Shown here: piece after piece, positions 57,349 through 64,000 of the stretch
How positions within the stretch are numbered: the stretch's first letter is position 1
Layout: the number at the start of each line of letters is the position of its first letter
Origin: Pseudomonas phage EL
Sequence record: AJ697969.1
Strand: one strand, 5' to 3'
DNA length: 64,000 nt
Program-made: the position numbers and the translations under genes
Notes under the pieces: generated by a model
Databases searched by the model: none
Told to the model about the DNA's origin: nothing
Seen by the model: only the letters and a program-made list of their open reading frames with translations

Positions 57349-57377
57349 ACGGTAACCTTACCGAGGGAGTCAATCCC

Positions 57378-57956
57378 ATGCTGAATACTTCAGACCAACC
57401 TGTGGGTCTCTTGTCCAGTCGATTGTACATCGATCCCAACGATGGTTCTTTCTTTACCGGTCATTTGGAAAAGTCCCACAAGAAACGGTGTCACTTAGTA
57501 CGCCACAAGCTCCAATACGCGATCCGGTATTATTCATCCGTTAAACTGCCCGAGGGGTGGTTGGTGGGGATCAGTGACCGGGAGGCAAGCCGGTATTACT
57601 TCTTCCCTACCCAGGGAAAACGGAGGAGTATTCTGGTTCCTTTACCCAGTACAGCGTACCGAGAGATCTGGTTTAACCTGTTTAAAGGGATCTGGATGAC
57701 TGGTACCCGGGAGGCTATCTACCTGCACAGTGTGGCGTATCCCCATCTCATGGAGCTCTTGAACGAATCCTTAGTCCCCAGAGTGATTTCTGTTGAAGGT
57801 GAATGGAAAGGGGAAGGGTATATTGCGTCTCTGGAATGGAAGCCTGAAAAACCCGGTCGGTTGATCGTAACAACGACCTTGGATAATGCTAAAGACCACA
57901 GTGTTCCGATCCAATGGCATCCCATCGATGCGGTGGTTCGTCTCATCCGAAAGTAA
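57378..57956 (+). CDS. Hypothetical protein
   Basis: 192-aa ORF. Confidence 0.55.
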   Translation: MLNTSDQPVGLLSSRLYIDPNDGSFFTGHLEKSHKKRCHLVRHKLQYAIRYYSSVKLPEGWLVGISDREASRYYFFPTQGKRRSILVPLPSTAYREIWFNLFKGIWMTGTREAIYLHSVAYPHLMELLNESLVPRVISVEGEWKGEGYIASLEWKPEKPGRLIVTTTLDNAKDHSVPIQWHPIDAVVRLIRK

Positions 57957-57968
57957 GAGGATTACATC

Positions 57969-58832
57969 ATGAAAGAAGAAAACCAGAAGAAGACCAACAG
58001 TTTCCAAGGTGGCGATGTTCGGGTAGTGTCTTCTAAGACGCATCCCGGTAAATCGAAATTCCTCCCGGTAAACCTCATGGGACCGGATACGATCGAGAAC
58101 CCTGACCAACTGGTCCTCCAAGTTCATCACCGTCTGACCGAAGGCCAGAAAGCGTTCTACCACACCCTGGAAACCTACGGGCTGTGTAAGGCCTACAGTT
58201 CGTCACCCGATCCCCGTACGTTGGTGATCAACATCGCTACCGGTCTTCCCCACACCAAGGAAGAGAAAGACGCTCCTCGCCGCAGCATCGAGCTGGACGC
58301 CGGCATTATCCTCTATGCGGTTATCAGCGAACGGGAGGGTGGGGCCTTCAAAATCGTCATCGTGGGAACCGCTACCCATACGTCTTATTTGGTGATCCGT
58401 GAGGACGTTGCCTTCTCGTTTATCATCGATAAGGTGTCTTTGTCGGTTCAGGATGCGGTAGTCGCCCTGTACGCCAGCAACCTCAGCAAAGGTCGAGGGC
58501 TCTTCGAGAACACCGCTAAACACCTTCCGGACTTCTTCTACAAGCTGTTTAAAGCGGTCTTCCCGGAAATGGTTCGTCTGGAATTCACGATCACTCACAT
58601 TCATGAAGACAGTGTTCGCGTTGCGCTGTACTGGGATCCTAGGGGACCTAACAAGAATCTCATTGCCTGCAATGGGTTTGTCTTCCCGTTGGACATTTCC
58701 CAGTTCCCGGGTAAACAAATCTCCCGGGGGTATAACCTCCAGAAGAAAGAAACCCGTCATGTCGCTCACAAACAAAAGACATCTGACCTGTCAGTCAATA
58801 CCCAGCGTCTGTTGGAAAAGTTCTCGAAATAG
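57969..58832 (+). CDS. Hypothetical protein
   Basis: 287-aa ORF. Confidence 0.6.
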   Translation: MKEENQKKTNSFQGGDVRVVSSKTHPGKSKFLPVNLMGPDTIENPDQLVLQVHHRLTEGQKAFYHTLETYGLCKAYSSSPDPRTLVINIATGLPHTKEEKDAPRRSIELDAGIILYAVISEREGGAFKIVIVGTATHTSYLVIREDVAFSFIIDKVSLSVQDAVVALYASNLSKGRGLFENTAKHLPDFFYKLFKAVFPEMVRLEFTITHIHEDSVRVALYWDPRGPNKNLIACNGFVFPLDISQFPGKQISRGYNLQKKETRHVAHKQKTSDLSVNTQRLLEKFSK

Positions 58833-58915
58833 TCTGTGAGTACGAGGTGGGGGGTAACACCCCTACCTCTACCTATGCTGTAACGCGCTGTAACACCCTT
58901 TAAAGAGTTTTTAAC

Positions 58916-59416
58916 ATGAAAGGTACCCTACCCCATTACCAGATCAGAATTATCGCTAGAAGTGCCTTTACAGACGATTTAAAGGAGAGACTCAAACCAC
59001 TGTATGAAAACCTCTTTCACCACGAACTCCATCTCGTCATTGGTACTAAAACAACCCGTAAGCTGTTTAAACCCTCCGCCCGTAAAAATCCCCACCCCTC
59101 CGTTATTGAGAAACGGTACGAAGACTTCTTCAAAGTAACCGACAAGATAGTACTCGTTACTCACTTGGGAGAAGCCGTGGGATATCTGGCGGTGGTTAAG
59201 AACAAGATCACCTCACTCTTTGTTGAAGAAGACTTCCGGAAGCTAGGCTTAGGGCGGATCATGGTGTCCAAGTTACAACGGGGTGGACATCCTGTGAACC
59301 GGTTCCTCTACGTTCAATGCTTTACCCAGAATACAGCTGGTATCAACTTCTACCGGAAAGTTGGGTTTAAGGAAATTGACAGAGGAGAGATCTACACGGT
59401 TTTGTTAATGGAATAA
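58916..59416 (+). CDS. GNAT family N-acetyltransferase
   Basis: FRKLGLGRIMV and YRKVGF motifs. Confidence 0.7.
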   Translation: MKGTLPHYQIRIIARSAFTDDLKERLKPLYENLFHHELHLVIGTKTTRKLFKPSARKNPHPSVIEKRYEDFFKVTDKIVLVTHLGEAVGYLAVVKNKITSLFVEEDFRKLGLGRIMVSKLQRGGHPVNRFLYVQCFTQNTAGINFYRKVGFKEIDRGEIYTVLLME

Positions 59417-59424
59417 ACACCGTA

Positions 59425-59476
59425 CTAGGAGTAGCCCATAAGGGCTACTCCTAGGGGTGTATTTTATTTTTGTTTC
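59425..59476. terminator. Bidirectional terminator (ctaggagtagccc/gggctactcctag) + T-run
   Basis: 13-bp perfect stem then gtattttatttttgtttc. Confidence 0.8.
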
Positions 59477-60401
59477 AAAAGAAGCGGTAGATATCACGGT
59501 AGCGTCCTGCTTGGTAGTAATCTCCTGATCCAATGGTGGAGGAATTAACACCCCCTACCAGGTAAATCCCACTGTCATCCGTGAGCATCTCAAAGGCATA
59601 CCGTTTAGTTACCGTGGTCATTTGCTTGTACCAACGGTCTTTCAGTATGTCGTAAATATGGAACACGATGTAACCGTTTTCAACACCACAGAGAATCAGG
59701 AACTGTTTCCACGAAGTCCCCCCAGTCCAACTACTGGCAATAGGTGCTTCTGTTACCGTTCTCCAGGTGTTGGTAACGGGATCGTATTCCCTGACCAATC
59801 TTGACGTACCCGCGGGGTCGTTCCATCCCCCGAATACATAGATCTTTCCATTGAACTGTCCGATGTAATGCCCATTGAGCGCCATCGGCATATCCGCTTT
59901 ACGGGTCCAGACGTTGGTGGTGGTGTCATACTGGTGGTTGAGGGCTGTGGGTTTATTGGTACTCCCCATGTAACCCCCCATGCAGAAGATCGTCTTATCA
60001 TCCAGGGTAATACACCGACCTTGTCCTCGGGCTCCATCCGGGAGGTTATTCAAGTTCGTTGAAGACCCTGTTGAAGGATTCAATTTCCACACGTGACTCA
60101 CATAGTTCCCATTATTACCGGTAATACCCCAGAAGGAACTGTTGCAGTAACACCCGCCACTCCAGGCCCATACGGAGATATTCCCGGTAGTGGCCCACGT
60201 ACGGGTGGTAAAGTCATAACGGGTATACGTCTGTTGTTGACCCCCACCGGCAAACTGACCTCCGAAGATATGAATCTTCCCTCCACCGATACCCGCACTG
60301 AAGTTAGCAATACCGTTGAAAGGAACTTGAGTCACCCATTCCATTCGTCCCAGAATGTAGGGGTTATCATCAGAAAGGGTAAATAGTTGACTCTCTAACA
60401 T
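59475..60401 (-). CDS. Kelch-repeat beta-propeller protein (tail fiber or host-interaction candidate)
   Basis: Repeated GG/YxxxxxxW kelch-like blades (IYVFGG...YDPVTNTW). Confidence 0.7.
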   Translation of the reverse strand: MLESQLFTLSDDNPYILGRMEWVTQVPFNGIANFSAGIGGGKIHIFGGQFAGGGQQQTYTRYDFTTRTWATTGNISVWAWSGGCYCNSSFWGITGNNGNYVSHVWKLNPSTGSSTNLNNLPDGARGQGRCITLDDKTIFCMGGYMGSTNKPTALNHQYDTTTNVWTRKADMPMALNGHYIGQFNGKIYVFGGWNDPAGTSRLVREYDPVTNTWRTVTEAPIASSWTGGTSWKQFLILCGVENGYIVFHIYDILKDRWYKQMTTVTKRYAFEMLTDDSGIYLVGGVNSSTIGSGDYYQAGRYRDIYRFF

Positions 60402-60446
60402 GAAGCCGCTCCTAAAGAGAGGGAGTTAATCCCTCTCTTACTGATT

Positions 60447-61130
60447 TCAGTTCAACACAAACAAAGGACCCGGAACGGAAGGGAGTTCCTCTGCGACGGT
60501 GGCTGCTTCGGCTCTATCCATAAGGGACCATATCGTTTCCAGTCCTTCCTGGATACGAGAAGTCACTTCATTGGACAAGTCAATGGTTTCTTGAGCGGTC
60601 AGAGAAAGCGTTACACCTTCCTTGGTACGAATAGAAGCGGAGAAGGGTTTCTCCTCACGCAATGCTTCTTTCGCCTGGATACTCAAGGCCGTCAAATGGA
60701 TTCGGTGGGTGGATTCGATCAAGAGGGTGTGGGCCGTCTCCCCGAATCGCACTTCCATGCCTGTGTAGAACGCCGCTGCAATCACATTCTGGATTTCATT
60801 CTTACGAATGTCCTTAGCGGATCGGAGGCGTTCTGCGACTTCCTCAGGGGTAAAATCCCGAGTGGTCCACTGCTGGGTCCAATACCCATCAATCTGTTTA
60901 GGGGGAAGTTCAACCGGTACATCCCCGGCGGGTGGCTGGGTCAATTGAACGACAGCCATCAGGAAGGGTTCTCCTTCCAAGGCACTGGCTTGTAGCTTAC
61001 TGGGAATGGGCCAGTCAGGGAACTTCTTCCGAACATCCTCAATGTAAAGAGGATATTCCCCCGTACGCGTGTCAATCAAGGCGGTGCTTTCATACACCAC
61101 AGTTACCCTATCCATACTCATTCTCCTCAT
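60447..61130 (-). CDS. Hypothetical protein (227 aa)
   Basis: ORF between the two kelch genes. Confidence 0.55.
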   Translation of the reverse strand: MRRMSMDRVTVVYESTALIDTRTGEYPLYIEDVRKKFPDWPIPSKLQASALEGEPFLMAVVQLTQPPAGDVPVELPPKQIDGYWTQQWTTRDFTPEEVAERLRSAKDIRKNEIQNVIAAAFYTGMEVRFGETAHTLLIESTHRIHLTALSIQAKEALREEKPFSASIRTKEGVTLSLTAQETIDLSNEVTSRIQEGLETIWSLMDRAEAATVAEELPSVPGPLFVLN

Positions 61131-62632
61131 TACGTGATTTTAATCCGATACCCTTGGGAACCGCCAAAGAGGTAGAGGGCTTGGTTGTAGTTCACCCCCC
61201 ACGCACTCGTAGCAACACCCGAGCCCAAACTTCCCAATAGCACCCACTTGTTCAACCGAGGTTCAAAATACTGAATTGGTTGATCATTAACACTCCCCGC
61301 AATCGCGTAGAGTTCTCCATTGTTCCCCAGTACAAAGGCTGCACCAACTGGGATACCAGGAAGAGTCACCGTTGTCCAGGTGTTCGTAGCCGGGTTATAC
61401 TGGTACATCCCAGGGTTGTTCGCCCCCGCCACTACCCCACCAATAACACTCACCTTCCCTTGGTAAACCATTACCGTAAAGTCAGAACAATCTCCACTCT
61501 CAGCGAAGGCCTTAAGGACAGTGTGGGTATTGGCAACAGGATCGTACGCGATCAAGAAGCCTTTATTCGTGGTGGGTGTTCCTGACTGTACCCCGCAGAT
61601 GTACACCTTCCCATTGAGATAAACCGCTCCACCTGTCAGCGGAGTCAGGGGCATATTAGGTAAACGGGTAACGATGTTCGTAGTGGGATTATACCCGTAC
61701 GCATCATTCGCAGCGCCTCCTAGGAAGTAAAGAACATCCTTACCATCAGAAACCAGGATGGAGTTCTTCCGGGGGGGATTGGTAGGCCCTGTTGGACTCA
61801 GGGTTTCAAGTACCCGGGTTTCAAAGTTAACCCGACGGAACTCTTTGGTAGCGGTCTCTACCCCACCGTAGTAGTAAATATGGTTTCCATGGACACATCC
61901 CCGTCCGGTATTGAATAACAATGAACCCGGCCAGTTATCCATCGCCTCACTCTGACCTTCAATAAACGGGTACGTCCCCTTGGCATACAGAATAGGGCGC
62001 CATCCCTGGGTAGGGACTTCAGAATCACTGGCAGAGTACGTGACATTCCTAATGGTGTACCACCCCCGATACGCTTGAGTGGTACCGGGTTCATTACCCG
62101 TAATGTCTTTACCCCAGTTGGTATTCCCGTCAGTATTCCCACCACTGGCCGCTTGATTCATCCCCAGTTCTGCATCCGTGAACCGAGTGGGCCAGTTGAA
62201 TCCATTGGGATCCGATACATGGACGTTATACAACAACCGGTCCCATTCAGACGTTGCTGTATTGCCATCACTCCCCATGGTCAAGAGACCTACGGTGTAA
62301 ATAACCCCCCGGTACCGTAGCTCATAGCTCCCTGTCCGTAGACCGGCTTGGGTCAACAGAATACGCCGAACATTATTCCGGATCGGCATTTGAGGAATGT
62401 AACAGGTTTCATTGTGGTTCGAAAACTTCAACCACGGTTTGCCTTCATTGATCACTTTACCAAAGGCAATCCCAGTGAGTTTCGCTAAATCCTCGTAACC
62501 AAACAATTCCGTTGCAGGAGTAATCCCGTACCATCCTTGGGCAGGACTACCTGCTTTCAGTTTAGAAGGCCCCGGATAAGGATCGTCCGGAAAGGCATTC
62601 GCGGTCGATGTAAAGAGTAACGCTTCTATCAT
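61130..62632 (-). CDS. Kelch-repeat beta-propeller protein (500 aa)
   Basis: Multiple kelch-like blades (HIYYYGG, VLYFLGG, KVYICG, YDPVANTH, YQYNPATNTW, ELYAIAG, LYLFGG). Confidence 0.7.
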   Translation of the reverse strand: MIEALLFTSTANAFPDDPYPGPSKLKAGSPAQGWYGITPATELFGYEDLAKLTGIAFGKVINEGKPWLKFSNHNETCYIPQMPIRNNVRRILLTQAGLRTGSYELRYRGVIYTVGLLTMGSDGNTATSEWDRLLYNVHVSDPNGFNWPTRFTDAELGMNQAASGGNTDGNTNWGKDITGNEPGTTQAYRGWYTIRNVTYSASDSEVPTQGWRPILYAKGTYPFIEGQSEAMDNWPGSLLFNTGRGCVHGNHIYYYGGVETATKEFRRVNFETRVLETLSPTGPTNPPRKNSILVSDGKDVLYFLGGAANDAYGYNPTTNIVTRLPNMPLTPLTGGAVYLNGKVYICGVQSGTPTTNKGFLIAYDPVANTHTVLKAFAESGDCSDFTVMVYQGKVSVIGGVVAGANNPGMYQYNPATNTWTTVTLPGIPVGAAFVLGNNGELYAIAGSVNDQPIQYFEPRLNKWVLLGSLGSGVATSAWGVNYNQALYLFGGSQGYRIKIT

Positions 62633-62696
62633 GATGACTTATACCCCAAAAAGAATACCAGGGAGACCCCGTAGAGCCCCCCTGGTAGTCATACTG

Positions 62697-63941
62697 TTAA
62701 GGAACAACAGCCCCCAACGCACCAATCCATTTGGTTCCATTCCAGGTAAAGACGTAGACCAGTTCAGATCCACTGACGGATGGGGGAGTTCCGTTATGCC
62801 ACACCAAGGGTGTTGCATCCTTACCAGCGAAGGTCACAACACCCGCTCCGCCGGTGACATTAACCGTCAGGACCATCCCACGTACCGGGGCTTTAGGTCC
62901 ATCAGCAATCACCATTTGCTTACCCCCCGCCGCGGTGTTATTGATCTGGATGTACTGATCCACCAACGGATTGATTTCCCCACTGGTCGTAAAGACCTTA
63001 ATCGGCAAATCATAGCGGTCAAAGGTGAGATCCAACTCCTTCCATTCAGGAATATCCGTACCGGCACGGAAGACCCGAACGTACTGTTTACCATCCTTGG
63101 CTTGGAGGTCTTCAATACCCTTCGGAAACTCAATAGCTTTCCATTCGGTACCGTCACCTTCTGCATTGACAGCCTGGGCGTAATACGACCCTGGAACCGC
63201 ATTCGGTACGGGACCAATAGGGAGGGGGACCCAACGGTTACCCAACCGGACAACCCGGCCTTCAGACTCCATGGGGGAATTGACATCACCCGCCACCAAA
63301 CGCCCCCACAGGACCCAACCCCGATCAACGGTCTTGTAGAACACATTGAAGGTCTCAGAGACTGCCCAGTCACCGACTCGACCACTGAAGGCATCCGAAG
63401 GTGCGTCTACACCCGGCGGCAACGTAAGCCACCGGCTGCCTTGCTCACCCTGAATACCGGGTTTCCCTTGAGGTCCGGGAGGACCGTCACCCCCGGTCTT
63501 ACCGGTTTGACCGCGCCATTCACCGGTTTCACGCCAGGCGTTAGTCGACGTACTCCAGATGGCTAGGGTGTTGGACTCCGCCAGGTAATACGCATCCCCC
63601 GCAACCCCCGCAGGAATAGCCGCTTGTAAAGCTGCCAGGTTCGCATAATCCCCTTTAATGGGTACCGTAGGACCTTCGGGGCCTTGTTCACCCCGTTCCC
63701 CGTTCTTACCCGGTTCACCCCGGAAATCAAACCCAGGACTCCACTCGCGCTCATCATTCACGAAATACGTTAAATGATTCTCCAGAACGAGGATAGCGTC
63801 ACCTTGCTTATAACCACCTGACGCAGGCAGTTCCGCCAAGGTGGGTACCACATCCACCATGTTCAACCCAGCACCGGGAGCGCCATCACTCCCTGGCATG
63901 GACACCGGACCCACGTTATCCCAACGAGTTCCGGTATTCAC
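62697..63941 (-). CDS. Collagen-like repeat tail fiber protein
   Basis: Two G-X-Y runs (GEPGKNGERGEQGPEGP and GQTGKTGGDGPPGPQGKPGIQGEQGS). Confidence 0.7.
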   Translation of the reverse strand: MNTGTRWDNVGPVSMPGSDGAPGAGLNMVDVVPTLAELPASGGYKQGDAILVLENHLTYFVNDEREWSPGFDFRGEPGKNGERGEQGPEGPTVPIKGDYANLAALQAAIPAGVAGDAYYLAESNTLAIWSTSTNAWRETGEWRGQTGKTGGDGPPGPQGKPGIQGEQGSRWLTLPPGVDAPSDAFSGRVGDWAVSETFNVFYKTVDRGWVLWGRLVAGDVNSPMESEGRVVRLGNRWVPLPIGPVPNAVPGSYYAQAVNAEGDGTEWKAIEFPKGIEDLQAKDGKQYVRVFRAGTDIPEWKELDLTFDRYDLPIKVFTTSGEINPLVDQYIQINNTAAGGKQMVIADGPKAPVRGMVLTVNVTGGAGVVTFAGKDATPLVWHNGTPPSVSGSELVYVFTWNGTKWIGALGAVVP

Positions 63942-64000
63942 CCAGAGGTCTTTATTCAGGTCAACGTAGGCTTTACCTTGAGTTTCCTCGTTAATCGGAG

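Noticed and set aside
1-64000. CRISPR arrays, integrases/transposases, prophage att sites
   Set aside because: No direct-repeat/spacer arrays and no recombinase motifs were seen. The window looks like a lytic phage genome interior.

Overview
This 64-kb window reads as a segment of a large (possibly jumbo) virulent dsDNA phage genome. I see no host housekeeping genes, CRISPR arrays or transposons. Almost every gene is punctuated by a GC-rich hairpin followed by a T-run, which I call as rho-independent terminators.

Layout:
- 0-11 kb: small genes of unknown function on the + strand, including a paralog pair and a tRNA-Thr(CGU).
- 11.6-21.9 kb: large virion-type proteins (about 990 aa on the - strand, 773 aa on the + strand), a possible capsid-like protein, a RuvC-like resolvase, a holin-like protein and an overlapped spanin pair.
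- 22.0-32.9 kb: a cassette of four consecutive fiber-like genes (247, 1184, 1193 and 956 aa) that share N-terminal and C-terminal modules around divergent centres.
- 34-43.6 kb: a DNA/RNA-metabolism block. It holds a Rad50/SbcC-like ATPase with a CxxC zinc hook, two tandem paralogous minimal-nucleotidyltransferase-fold proteins, an NAD-dependent DNA ligase, RNase HI, a DHH-DHHA1 phosphoesterase and a small 2H (HxT/S x2) phosphoesterase.
- 43.7-59.4 kb: many small genes, a GroEL-like chaperonin with no GroES, two GNAT acetyltransferases and two signal-peptide proteins.
- 59.5-64 kb, minus strand: kelch-repeat beta-propeller proteins and a collagen-like (G-X-Y) fiber protein.

Things that stand out:
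- A conserved 17-mer (AAACCTACATTATTCAT, perfect twice, degenerate at least five more times) sits upstream of + strand genes and looks like a phage-specific promoter.
- A C-terminal peptide motif DYGRL(V/E)FKE(L/I) is shared by two unrelated proteins.
- One protein is built of about 15 tandem octapeptide repeats (xxGxAxAG).
- A subset of genes has strongly GC3-biased, host-like codon usage.
- A 2H + DHH phosphoesterase pair could degrade nucleotide second messengers (anti-CBASS/Acb1-like) or repair RNA.

All functional calls rest on motifs I could read directly. No database search was possible.
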